A program made the position numbers and the translations under genes. Below are positions 8,641 to 16,959 of a stretch of 61,410 nucleotides of DNA, piece after piece. Origin of the DNA: a virus (lineage: Duplodnaviria > Caudoviricetes). Every line of letters begins with the position of its first letter. Position 1 is the first letter of the stretch. The stretch spans positions 1 to 61,410 of IMG/VR virus record IMGVR_UViG_3300021425_000037; one strand, written 5' to 3'. The notes beneath the pieces were generated by a model. It was not told the DNA's origin and ran no database searches. It was given only the letters and a program-made list of their open reading frames with translations.

Positions 8641-8978
8641 CTGAGTCTGCAGATCCTATGATGGGCTTACTTGCATTGCTTCTAGTAATTGGAGTACCAT
8701 CTTTGATCTTTTGGTGGCTGGGTTGGTTTAAACGTGATAGTGTAATGATGTCAGCAGAGAAAACAAACTTTGGTCCAGATAAACCAAAAAAAATGATGAG
8801 TTGGGAAGGCATATTTTACATCCTATGGAACTGGAAAAGTTATGCGGCAAAGACAGTATGGATAGGTGCAATACCATTTGTTTGGTACTTGGATGGATTT
8901 GGTGCTGCATTTGGATGGTTCTTCTTTGGTGGCATATTAATATTAATGGGCAAGTTTTGGGAGTTATTTAAACGATGA
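8637..8978 (+). CDS. Membrane hypothetical protein
   Basis: ATGA overlap; several W/F-rich TM segments. Confidence 0.6.
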   Translation: MTESADPMMGLLALLLVIGVPSLIFWWLGWFKRDSVMMSAEKTNFGPDKPKKMMSWEGIFYILWNWKSYAAKTVWIGAIPFVWYLDGFGAAFGWFFFGGILILMGKFWELFKR

Positions 8979-9121
8979 AAAGACTAGCAGAATGGTTAGA
9001 CATTTGTAAAATGCATTGGAAAGAAATCTTTGCCCTTTCTTTTGCATTACATTTTATAATGGACTTACTAATAATAGGACCACTGTTCTTTTTACTAGGG
9101 TACTTTTTTGGAATAAAATAA
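8975..9121 (+). CDS. Small membrane protein (48 aa)
   Basis: ATGA overlap; MKRLAEWLDICKMHWKEIFALSFALHFIMDLLIIGPLFFLLGYFFGIK*. Confidence 0.55.
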   Translation: MKRLAEWLDICKMHWKEIFALSFALHFIMDLLIIGPLFFLLGYFFGIK

Positions 9122-9195
9122 AAAGAAATCACTTGACAGATGGCAAAATTATTGTTAAACTACTAGTTGAGAACTTTGTTTTAAATAGGAATGAA

Positions 9196-9420
9196 ATGAA
9201 TACAATATATGAAAAAACAGCAATATTAACTAACACACGGAATGATCAAGAAGTCGAGTGCGAAGTTGATAATGTTAGAGATAAAGAATCGTTAGATGCT
9301 TTTATAGCAGGTAACAAAATACATATGCGTTGGACTGGCAGAATCTATGTAGGTAATGCTCACGGAATGGAGTTTACTTCTCCAGGGCCAAAAGGACGCG
9401 AAATTAAAGGGAGATATTAA
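9196..9420 (+). CDS. Hypothetical protein
   Basis: Start moved to ATG 9196, downstream of a TTGACA(9133)-17-TAAACT promoter and an AGGA SD. Confidence 0.65.
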   Translation: MNTIYEKTAILTNTRNDQEVECEVDNVRDKESLDAFIAGNKIHMRWTGRIYVGNAHGMEFTSPGPKGREIKGRY

Positions 9421-9629
9421 TGAAACAGAAAGTTGAAATAATGGATGGTCCATTCAGTGCCGCACTTGTAGAAGATACCGAAGGTGTTCTATACAGAGAA
9501 ATTAAAACTGTTCGTGTTAAGCCAGATGGTATGTTAACAGAATATGTTACTAGACGTGAATATCGTACAGACGGTGATTATAATGACACCTCAACGATTC
9601 GTCCATTAACTAAAGTAACAGGAGAATAA
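9420..9629 (+). CDS. Hypothetical protein
   Basis: TAATG coupling, GGGAG SD. Confidence 0.6.
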   Translation: MKQKVEIMDGPFSAALVEDTEGVLYREIKTVRVKPDGMLTEYVTRREYRTDGDYNDTSTIRPLTKVTGE

Positions 9630-9630
9630 T

Positions 9631-10248
9631 ATGCCTTTGATCCCTATGGTTGTTGAACAAGAAAGCAGAGGAGAGCGTTCATACGATATCTATTCACGTT
9701 TGATGAAAGATCGTATCATTATGTTAAATGGTCCGGTTGAAGATAACATGGCTAATCTTGTTGTAGCACAAATGTTATATTTGGAAAGTGAAAATCCTGA
9801 TAAAACTATCAACTTGTATATTAACTCACCCGGTGGTGCTGTAACAGCAGGACTTGCTATCTATGACACAATGCAATACATCAAGTGTGATGTAAAAACT
9901 ATTGTAATGGGTCAAGCATGTTCAATGGGTAGTTTCCTTGCACAAGCAGGTACAGCAGGTAAGCGTATTGTATTACCTGAGTCACGTACAATGATTCACA
10001 GAGTTAGTTCGGGTACACCAGGTACAAGCGGCTCAGTACATATTCAGGAACTACAGATTGAAGATATCAATCGTCATTATGAAGAGTCGCAAAAAGTTAA
10101 TAAACGTTTAACTGAATTGTATGTAAAACATAATACAGCAGGAAAAACATATGAAGAACTATTCGAAACAATGAAGTTTGATACGTTCTTAACAGCAGAA
10201 GAAGCAGTTGAAAACGGCTTTGCCGATAAAGTAGTGGAGAGTAGATAA
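9631..10248 (+). CDS. clpP: ATP-dependent Clp protease proteolytic subunit
   Basis: [25 protein letters not shown] (catalytic Ser), [12 protein letters not shown]. Confidence 0.97.
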   Translation: MPLIPMVVEQESRGERSYDIYSRLMKDRIIMLNGPVEDNMANLVVAQMLYLESENPDKTINLYINSPGGAVTAGLAIYDTMQYIKCDVKTIVMGQACSMGSFLAQAGTAGKRIVLPESRTMIHRVSSGTPGTSGSVHIQELQIEDINRHYEESQKVNKRLTELYVKHNTAGKTYEELFETMKFDTFLTAEEAVENGFADKVVESR

Positions 10249-10409
10249 TGCCAGAACCAGTTGATGTAAGTAAGAAACACTTTTACATAAGTCTTGTAAA
10301 AAGTGGGGTTAGAATTGTAGCAGGAATTGCTCTTTTTATGGGTGGCTACGCCGCCGCAGGTGTATTGTTTATTGGTGCCGAACTGTTAGGCATTGCTGAA
10401 GAACTATGA
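10248..10409 (+). CDS. Small membrane protein (53 aa)
   Basis: TAATG coupling; HFYISLVKSGVRIVAGIALF...AELLGIAEEL*. Confidence 0.6.
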   Translation: MPEPVDVSKKHFYISLVKSGVRIVAGIALFMGGYAAAGVLFIGAELLGIAEEL

Positions 10410-10726
10410 GTGCCGCGGCAATGCTAGTAGACGAGCTCAAACAATTTGTTGCTGACAAAAAAGGTATTCCTACAGAGGAACAACTTAACAAAACACTTAG
10501 AGAAGAAACACTTGTTGTAACATTCAACAAACTTGATGGTGCCGAACGAGTAATGACATGTACGAAGTCGTTTGATGTCATTCCGGAAGCCAACCACCCA
10601 AAGTCAGACAAGCCGGGTAAAGAAGGCACTGTTACTGTATGGGACGTTAATGCAAACGGGTGGCGAAGTTTTAAATATGAACGTGTAACTAAAGTCGAAA
10701 AAGTGGTTGACACTAAGCAAGACTGA
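10406..10726 (+). CDS. WYL_2/Sm-like beta-barrel protein
   Basis: VTFNKLDGAERVMTCT ... VWDVNANGWRSFK. Confidence 0.75.
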   Translation: MSAAAMLVDELKQFVADKKGIPTEEQLNKTLREETLVVTFNKLDGAERVMTCTKSFDVIPEANHPKSDKPGKEGTVTVWDVNANGWRSFKYERVTKVEKVVDTKQD

Positions 10727-10735
10727 TAGTATATT
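10707..10735 (+). promoter_or_regulatory. sigma70-type promoter of the tRNA cluster
   Basis: TTGACA-17-TATATT. Confidence 0.7.
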
Positions 10736-10746
10736 AGTTTCATAGT

Positions 10747-10822
10747 AGGCGAGTAGTGTTAACGGTCAGCACGTGAGTCTCCAAAACTTAAGGTCGCGGT
10801 TCGAATCCGTGCTCGTCTGCCA
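10747..10822 (+). tRNA. tRNA-Trp(CCA)
   Basis: Anticodon arm TGAGT-CT-CCA-AA-ACTTA; TTCGAAT T-loop; CCA end. Confidence 0.92.
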
Positions 10823-10837
10823 AATAGTAAAGATTTT

Positions 10838-10912
10838 GGCCCGTTCGTCTAGTGGTTAGGACACATGGTTTTCATCCATGCAACAGGAGTTCGATTCTCC
10901 TACGGGCTACCA
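10838..10912 (+). tRNA. tRNA-Glu(TTC)
   Basis: CATGG-TT-TTC-AT-CCATG; CCA end. Confidence 0.95.
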
Positions 10913-10915
10913 GGT

Positions 10916-10969
10916 TACACTCTGCAAGAAGCATAGCAACTTGCACTAGACTGATAAACTAGGAGTGTA
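10916..10969 (+). ncRNA. Candidate three-way-junction small RNA between tRNA-Glu and tRNA-Ser
   Basis: TACACTC/GAGTGTA encloses the TGCAAG/CTTGCA and CTAG/CTAG hairpins with no linker bases. Confidence 0.5.
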
Positions 10970-10972
10970 TTC

Positions 10973-11062
10973 GGAGAGTTGGCTGAGTGGTCGAAAGCGC
11001 CTCCCTGCTAAGGAGGTATACGGGCAACTGTATCGAGGGTTCGAATCCCTCACTCTCCGCCA
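10973..11062 (+). tRNA. tRNA-Ser(GCT)
   Basis: CCTCC-CT-GCT-AA-GGAGG, long variable arm, CCA end. Confidence 0.95.
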
Positions 11063-11103
11063 TAAACTAAAGAAAGGAAAACAACACACACAAGGAATAA
11101 ATT

Positions 11104-11424
11104 ATGAAAAGATTAGCAATCGCACTAGTTCTACTAGCAAGTACAGCAAACGCTACAGCAGACGATAGGTTTGAATCTATCCAAAGAGTATGGCCTACCT
11201 GTGCCGCATGTCACGGAGCTCAAGGTCAAGGTGTAGGAAGCATGCCCGCATTAGCAGGTAAAGATGCAGACTACATTATCAACGCATTACTTCAGTACAA
11301 AAACAAAGAACAACGTGGTCCATTAAGTTCATTAATGTGGCAACAGGCTTCTATGTTAACTGAAAGTCAAATTGGTGTTATTGGTGTTTATGTTCAAGAA
11401 ACACTTGACACACCATCCAATTGA
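11104..11424 (+). CDS. Secreted monoheme cytochrome c (c553/c4-like)
   Basis: Signal peptide, CAACHG heme motif, PALAG, distal Met. Confidence 0.88.
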   Translation: MKRLAIALVLLASTANATADDRFESIQRVWPTCAACHGAQGQGVGSMPALAGKDADYIINALLQYKNKEQRGPLSSLMWQQASMLTESQIGVIGVYVQETLDTPSN

Positions 11425-11461
11425 TAGTATAATATACTTTTTAAACACACTCGGAGAAGTT

Positions 11462-11839
11462 ATGTTAGATATACAGGGTATAACCCAAGATAGGATTGAT
11501 AGATTGAATAAGGACATTGATAATCCTTATACTGTAAACGGTTTTAATGGAACATGGGCGATTACAGATCATCGCAAAATTCCTGAAGTATTGTTAGGTT
11601 TTCTACAACACTATTTTGGACAGTACAGAGTCAGACGTATTCCGTTGGATAAGATCAACGAAGTTATGAATGACATCTGGGAAGGCCCAGGTAGTCTTGC
11701 TAAAGTCTTAAATGCAGAATTAGAAATGAAACTTGCAGGCAAAGACGTGAAGTTTACAGCAGCTGACATTGCGGCAACTAAAGCAATTGGAGATGAAGAT
11801 GATTCAACACCAATTGCAGATGCAGGAAAAGAAGAATAA
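11462..11839 (+). CDS. Hypothetical protein
   Basis: TTGACA(11405)-17-TATAAT promoter and GGAG SD before ATG 11462. Confidence 0.7.
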   Translation: MLDIQGITQDRIDRLNKDIDNPYTVNGFNGTWAITDHRKIPEVLLGFLQHYFGQYRVRRIPLDKINEVMNDIWEGPGSLAKVLNAELEMKLAGKDVKFTAADIAATKAIGDEDDSTPIADAGKEE

Positions 11840-11849
11840 ATAGATGTAC

Positions 11850-11925
11850 GCTAGTGTAGCTCAGTTGGTAGAGCAGGGGTTTTGTAAACCTCAGGTCGTA
11901 AGTTCGAATCTTATCACTAGCTCCA
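11850..11925 (+). tRNA. tRNA-Thr(TGT)
   Basis: GGGGT-TT-TGT-AA-ACCTC; CCA end. Confidence 0.93.
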
Positions 11926-11933
11926 TATTTTGT

Positions 11934-12009
11934 GGGGCCGTAGCTCAGTTGGGAGAGCGACTGGTTTGCATCCAGTAGGTCGCAGGTTCGACCCCTGTCG
12001 GCTCCACCA
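11934..12009 (+). tRNA. tRNA-Ala(TGC)
   Basis: ACTGG-TT-TGC-AT-CCAGT; G3:U70 pair; CCA end. Confidence 0.95.
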
Positions 12010-12026
12010 TTTTTGAAAGGAAGAAG

Positions 12027-12131
12027 ATGATTAGATTTATTTTAAGTATGATGTTTGGCACTAATAAGGCATCAGTTGATCTAAGTCAGCACAGAGTTCA
12101 TACAACCAAGTATGAAGACTTGTGCATGTAA
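12027..12131 (+). CDS. Small peptide (34 aa)
   Basis: AAGGA SD; MIRFILSMMFGTNKASVDLSQHRVHTTKYEDLCM*. Confidence 0.5.
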   Translation: MIRFILSMMFGTNKASVDLSQHRVHTTKYEDLCM

Positions 12132-12133
12132 CC

Positions 12134-12721
12134 ATGGCAGTCGAAGGATGGTTTCAAACGCCCACTTATTATGATTTTCTTCGTGGCGAAGAACTTACTA
12201 AAGTGCAGGCAGAGATAAATGATACGCTACCGAGTATTGAGTTTTCGAAACACAAAGGCTGGGGCGAAACAAATCATAGTCTAAGCGACCCAACGTTTAA
12301 GACCAATTATCTAGACAAGTATAAACTACGTTTTACTAAGAAACTGTTTATACAACATGTGAAACAATATCTTGGTGCTTTCAAACGAGAGGAGTACACA
12401 GTTAAGATTGAAAACTCTTGGCTGACCAGTACGAATCGGGGTGAACACACCACTGTACATAATCACGGTGGTTTTGATATTAGTGGTGTGTATTACTTTC
12501 AAACAAATAAAAATGATGGTTCATTGTATCTAATGAATCCGCACACAAGCCTAGTAAGTTCGCACTACTTTGCACCAGACGAATGTATATACTATCATCC
12601 AGAAGTAGGCAAACTTGTACTATTCCCTAGTTGGATATATCACGGCGTAAGGCCAAATGACACAGATGACAACAGAATAAGCCTGTCATTTAATGCCAAA
12701 ATTTCTTTCAAAAACGGTTGA
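12134..12721 (+). CDS. Putative 2OG-Fe(II) oxygenase (TIGR02466-like)
   Basis: HNH, ISGVYY, LFPSWIYHGV, RISLSFN. Confidence 0.85.
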   Translation: MAVEGWFQTPTYYDFLRGEELTKVQAEINDTLPSIEFSKHKGWGETNHSLSDPTFKTNYLDKYKLRFTKKLFIQHVKQYLGAFKREEYTVKIENSWLTSTNRGEHTTVHNHGGFDISGVYYFQTNKNDGSLYLMNPHTSLVSSHYFAPDECIYYHPEVGKLVLFPSWIYHGVRPNDTDDNRISLSFNAKISFKNG

Positions 12722-12781
12722 CAACACTCTATTTCTTTGCTATAATATATACATAAATTAGGCAAACAAATAGAGGCACAA
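12718..12781 (+). promoter_or_regulatory. Early promoter plus TAGGCAAA...GAGGCAC leader (copy 4) inside an inverted repeat
   Basis: GGTTGACA-17-TATAAT; arms CTCTATTT/AAATAGAG and TTTGC/GCAAA. Confidence 0.85.
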
Positions 12782-13288
12782 ATGACATTAGTAGATAAAG
12801 CAAAATTATTCGCTACTGCGGCGCATGGTGCTATTGGTCAAGTCCGCAAATACACTGGCGAACCATACGTTACACACCCAATCCGTGTTATGAATCTTGT
12901 AAGCACCGTTATTAAAGACGAGAAAGTCTTAGCGGCTGCATTGTTACACGATGTCATTGAAGATACAGCAATCACCAAAGAAGACATTGCGTTAGAATTT
13001 GGTGTTGATGTTGCTGATATGGTTGTTGCATTAAGTGACCCGCCGAAAGTAGAAGGTGGTCCAAACCGTAAAGCACGTAAAGCAATGGACCGTGATAGGT
13101 TGAGCAAGGCAAGTGCAAGTGTACAAACTGTAAAAGTTGCAGACATGATCGACAACACTGAAAGTATTGTTGCACATGATCCTAAATTTTCAAAAGTATA
13201 CTTAGAAGAAAAGCGTTTGTTATTACAAGTGTTAACAAAAGCAGATGCTGGTCTTGTTGAAATTGCAAAAAATCAGGTGTCAAGATGA
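12782..13288 (+). CDS. HD-domain phosphohydrolase (SpoT/Mesh1-like small alarmone hydrolase)
   Basis: AHxxxGQVRKYTGEPYVTHP, ALLHDVIED, VKVADMIDN. Confidence 0.85.
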   Translation: MTLVDKAKLFATAAHGAIGQVRKYTGEPYVTHPIRVMNLVSTVIKDEKVLAAALLHDVIEDTAITKEDIALEFGVDVADMVVALSDPPKVEGGPNRKARKAMDRDRLSKASASVQTVKVADMIDNTESIVAHDPKFSKVYLEEKRLLLQVLTKADAGLVEIAKNQVSR

Positions 13289-13515
13289 GTAGGCCTCGAG
13301 AAAATTACTTGAAGCCTACTTACTTCAAAACCAAAGACCATTGGATGGTAGGTACTGTTTGGCCAGTAAAAGGTAGTAAGGATAACGAGTATAGTGTAGA
13401 ACTTACAGACAAAGGTTTTACATGTGATTGTACTGGTTTTACATTCAGAGGTAAGTGCAAGCACAGTACAGCGATTAATGAAAAAGTAGAGAGGGCTATG
13501 TGTTATGACTTTTAA
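13285..13515 (+). CDS. SWIM zinc-finger protein
   Basis: FTCDCTGFTFRGKCKH. Confidence 0.8.
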   Translation: MSRPRENYLKPTYFKTKDHWMVGTVWPVKGSKDNEYSVELTDKGFTCDCTGFTFRGKCKHSTAINEKVERAMCYDF

Positions 13516-13804
13516 GGATTTAAAATTTAAAAATATTGATATACCAAATGGTATACAAGCACTTGTAGACTTTGGCAAGTATCACTTGAGTATTGTCAAA
13601 CATGACTTTTCATATGGCGGTACAGCAGGCCTTTACGAAATAGCTACATTTAACGCTGTAGATGGTGAGCCGTTAGATATGGTAGAGCTTCCAGGTATTA
13701 CAGCAGAAGGTGATACTGTAAAAGGATACTTGACAGAGGCCAATGTTGATGCTATAATGTTAAAGTTATACATAGCAACAGGCACAGAGGGAAAACAGAT
13801 ATGA
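13505..13804 (+). CDS. Hypothetical protein
   Basis: 99-aa ORF with SYGG..GLYEIA. Confidence 0.65.
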   Translation: MTFKDLKFKNIDIPNGIQALVDFGKYHLSIVKHDFSYGGTAGLYEIATFNAVDGEPLDMVELPGITAEGDTVKGYLTEANVDAIMLKLYIATGTEGKQI

Positions 13805-15123
13805 GAACACAACCACAAGACGTAATTGCTAAACTTGAACAACACAATAGCCGTTTAGACAAAGAGGCTATTCTTCACGATGCTATGCAAGAAGGACTAG
13901 ATGAGTTCTTTGAAGGTGTTGCTATGTGTCTTGATGCTATGGTTACGTTTGGTGTAAAGCAAGTACCTGAGCGTTCAGATGTACTTACTGGACAAGGACT
14001 TGCATGGCCAGTGTTTAAAGAGCTTGCTGATAAACTTGCTAATCGTGAGTTGACAGGACATGATGCACGTGATGCAATTGAACTTGCAATGAGCGTTGCT
14101 ACAACAGAACAATGGAACGGGTTCTATCGTAGAATCCTAATCAAAGATTTGCGTTGTGGTGTAAGTGAAAAAACAGTTAACAAGGTTTCTAAAAAGTTTG
14201 ACGGCAAGTATAGCATACCTGTGTTTACTTGTTCACTTGCACACGATTCAGCCAACCACGAAAAGAAGATGGTAGGCAAAAAGCAAATAGAAATCAAACT
14301 AGATGGTGTAAGAGTTATTACTATTATCCAAGGCGACAAAGTAGAAATGTTTAGTCGTAATGGTAAACAGTTTCATAACTTTGGACACATCATTGAAGAA
14401 ATAGAAACAGTAATCAAAGAACATCCTGTACCTTATCCGCTAGTATTAGACGGAGAGGTAATGAGTGCTAACTTCCAAGATCTTATGAAACAAGTACATC
14501 GTAAAGATGGTAAACAAACTACTGATGCTGTATTGCATTTGTTTGATACTATTCCTTTAGGTTGCTTCAAAGCAGGTAGTTGGGACAAACCACAGAGCTT
14601 TAGAAGCCTTATTACCAAGCATTGGGTAGAAGATCATGCAAGCGTTTTAAAGCACGTACAAGCGTTGGATTGGGAAGATGTAGACTTAGACACTCCTGAA
14701 GGCCAAGAACGCTTTGTAGCGTTAAATAAAGCGGCTGTAGACGGTGGTTACGAAGGAGTTATGATTAAGGACGTTGATGCTCCTTATGAATGTAAACGAA
14801 CTCATGCATGGCTTAAAGCAAAGCCGTTCATTGAGGTAACATTAGAGGTAAAAGATGTCGAAGAAGGAACAGGACGAAATGAAGGTCGACTTGGTGCATT
14901 TGTTTGTGAAGGAATTGATGACGGAAAGACGATTAATGTTAATGTCGGTAGTGGCTTCAGTGATGCTAATCGTGACGACTTTTGGAATAGTCGCACTGAT
15001 ATCAAAGGTCAACTTGTAGAAGTAAGAGCTGACGCTATTACACAAAACCAAGACGGAACATATAGTTTACGTTTTCCAAGATTTAAAACATTCCGCGGCT
15101 TTGAGCCAGGAGAAAAGTTGTAA
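13801..15123 (+). CDS. ATP-dependent DNA ligase
   Basis: KLDG (motif I), LDGE, EGVMIK, WLKAK, SLRFPRF. Confidence 0.95.
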   Translation: MRTQPQDVIAKLEQHNSRLDKEAILHDAMQEGLDEFFEGVAMCLDAMVTFGVKQVPERSDVLTGQGLAWPVFKELADKLANRELTGHDARDAIELAMSVATTEQWNGFYRRILIKDLRCGVSEKTVNKVSKKFDGKYSIPVFTCSLAHDSANHEKKMVGKKQIEIKLDGVRVITIIQGDKVEMFSRNGKQFHNFGHIIEEIETVIKEHPVPYPLVLDGEVMSANFQDLMKQVHRKDGKQTTDAVLHLFDTIPLGCFKAGSWDKPQSFRSLITKHWVEDHASVLKHVQALDWEDVDLDTPEGQERFVALNKAAVDGGYEGVMIKDVDAPYECKRTHAWLKAKPFIEVTLEVKDVEEGTGRNEGRLGAFVCEGIDDGKTINVNVGSGFSDANRDDFWNSRTDIKGQLVEVRADAITQNQDGTYSLRFPRFKTFRGFEPGEKL

Positions 15124-15419
15124 TGGGTTGTATCTCTCATCAAGAAGTTGCAAGAGTTCTACATGCGGATGGTAGTTCCTACAAGATGGGAACACTTGTA
15201 TATGGAACATATGAAGAAATAGAAGCATGGTGTGAAAAGAATGACATGTGGGTAGACAAATATCTAGACCATGTAAATCCTAGCTCATTATATAATACAG
15301 CAGAATGGGTAGGTACAGGTATATCGGACCCATTTAGCGTGAGCGTTCCTTTTGATTACAAGGAAAATAGAGTAAAAGGAACTTTTAATACTCGTGGCGT
15401 AAATTTAGAGAAGTGGTAA
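15123..15419 (+). CDS. Hypothetical protein
   Basis: TAATG coupling on both sides. Confidence 0.6.
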   Translation: MGCISHQEVARVLHADGSSYKMGTLVYGTYEEIEAWCEKNDMWVDKYLDHVNPSSLYNTAEWVGTGISDPFSVSVPFDYKENRVKGTFNTRGVNLEKW

Positions 15420-15520
15420 TGGGTAATATTGAATTATTACTTGTTAGTTTATTTTTCGTAACTTGGCTGTCGTATGGCATCTACGTAATAAAAGAGTTCA
15501 TACGAGCTCGACTCAAATAG
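15419..15520 (+). CDS. Small single-TM peptide
   Basis: MGNIELLLVSLFFVTWLSYGIYVIKEFIRARLK*. Confidence 0.45.
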   Translation: MGNIELLLVSLFFVTWLSYGIYVIKEFIRARLK

Positions 15521-15530
15521 GAGAAATGAT

Positions 15531-15941
15531 ATGATTAAACCAAAAATACAAAAACCAAGTCTGTTTAGAAGATTCATAATGAATACTGTATTTTACTTTA
15601 GACGTGTGATGGATCTAAAATATAATCCACTAGGTAAAATTCCAGACCCTAGTTTACAAACATACTTTATGTTAATTTTATTCACCATTTGGAGTGTATG
15701 GTTTGGGTTTATAGCCGCAAACTACTTAGGATGGTTTGGATACAATACAGTAGCAAGCATTGTTATTCACATGCTGATCCTTGTGCCACTGGCAATGACT
15801 AATGCAATCTTTATAGATGCAGAACGTGACGGTCATAACTGGTTAAAGGAATGGAAAGAAGAACAAAGTAGATACAGACTTGTTATGAACAGGTTCAAAA
15901 AGAAGAATCTAACAATCTGGGATCCCAGCAAGGAAGCCTAA
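15531..15941 (+). CDS. Membrane hypothetical protein
   Basis: AGGAG SD; two TM helices. Confidence 0.7.
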   Translation: MIKPKIQKPSLFRRFIMNTVFYFRRVMDLKYNPLGKIPDPSLQTYFMLILFTIWSVWFGFIAANYLGWFGYNTVASIVIHMLILVPLAMTNAIFIDAERDGHNWLKEWKEEQSRYRLVMNRFKKKNLTIWDPSKEA

Positions 15942-16036
15942 TGGATAAGCAAGATAAAAATTTACTTATTAACTTTTCGCCGTTGCTAATTACCGCGGTG
16001 GTTATGTTGTTTATGTTAATAGCAATGGAGTCATAA
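15941..16036 (+). CDS. Small single-TM peptide
   Basis: TAATG coupling; MDKQDKNLLINFSPLLITAVVMLFMLIAMES*. Confidence 0.45.
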   Translation: MDKQDKNLLINFSPLLITAVVMLFMLIAMES

Positions 16037-16037
16037 G

Positions 16038-16274
16038 ATGAAACATATTCTGTATTTTGTAAAATGGAACTTTACTGGCATGCGTTCTTTTACTAAAAGG
16101 TACATTGCTTACACTCTATTAGGAATTGTACTAGCACTTTTGGTAGATGGAGATTACTTTTTCCTTGTACCTGTGCTGATGTTTGTAGACCTTACACAGG
16201 ATATCATCCGTGATCGTTACGCTGACTTCAAAAAAGAACAGCAGGACATTATTGACTCATTAAAGGAAAAGTGA
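16038..16274 (+). CDS. Membrane hypothetical protein
   Basis: GGAG SD; two hydrophobic segments. Confidence 0.6.
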   Translation: MKHILYFVKWNFTGMRSFTKRYIAYTLLGIVLALLVDGDYFFLVPVLMFVDLTQDIIRDRYADFKKEQQDIIDSLKEK

Positions 16275-16275
16275 G

Positions 16276-16683
16276 TTGCGTGAACGCATCAAACAGATGT
16301 TGTTGCATACAGCATTGCAAAACCCTGGCGTCGATGGCCGGGTAAAAATGGCCGCTGGCATTGTCTACAAAAAGACACTTATTGCAAGCGGCATCAATAG
16401 TTATAAGACCCATCCCGTAATGTGTTGCGCCAACGGTTACAGGGATGGGCAACAATATCTACATGCAGAAATAGATGCTATTAACAAAGCATTAAAACTC
16501 ATTTCTAAAAAACAACTTGCAAAATGTGATATGTACGTTGTAAGACTCAAAAGAACTAAACCGGGCGGCACTGAATATGTCGAAGGCATTGCAAAGCCGT
16601 GTGTTGGTTGTATGCAGGTTATAGAGTCTTATAATATTAACAATGTATATTGGACTGAAGATGAACACATTTGTATTGCATGA
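16276..16683 (+). CDS. Zn-dependent cytidine/nucleotide deaminase-fold protein
   Basis: LHAEIDAI and KPCVGC zinc motifs. Confidence 0.85.
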   Translation: MRERIKQMLLHTALQNPGVDGRVKMAAGIVYKKTLIASGINSYKTHPVMCCANGYRDGQQYLHAEIDAINKALKLISKKQLAKCDMYVVRLKRTKPGGTEYVEGIAKPCVGCMQVIESYNINNVYWTEDEHICIA

Positions 16684-16903
16684 ATTTACTATGGGCGATG
16701 TTGAAGACCCCCATATCTATGTGTCGGCACCAATATACGAATGGCAAAAGACCAAACATGGTAAGTGGGCAATGGAGCATGGTACAAACATAAAATACCA
16801 CATTTCGCCTGATGATTATTCCTACGGTCATAAAGTAAAAATAACAGGTGAGTTTAACGACAAGTACGAAACTTACCTAAATCTAATTAAACAAAGTAGT
16901 TGA
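16661..16903 (+). CDS. Hypothetical protein
   Basis: 80-aa ORF containing MGDVEDP. Confidence 0.6.
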   Translation: MNTFVLHEFTMGDVEDPHIYVSAPIYEWQKTKHGKWAMEHGTNIKYHISPDDYSYGHKVKITGEFNDKYETYLNLIKQSS

Positions 16904-16959
16904 CTTTTAGGTAAAAAGCATATATACTTTTTGTAACAGCATTTTTTGGAGAATAATAA

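Noticed and set aside
10916-10969. Hammerhead ribozyme reading of the three-way junction
   Set aside because: CTGATAA lies in a hairpin loop rather than the junction, and the GAAA/UH core is missing.
10965-11168. 67-aa plus-strand ORF
   Set aside because: It runs through tRNA-Ser and is out of frame with cytochrome c.
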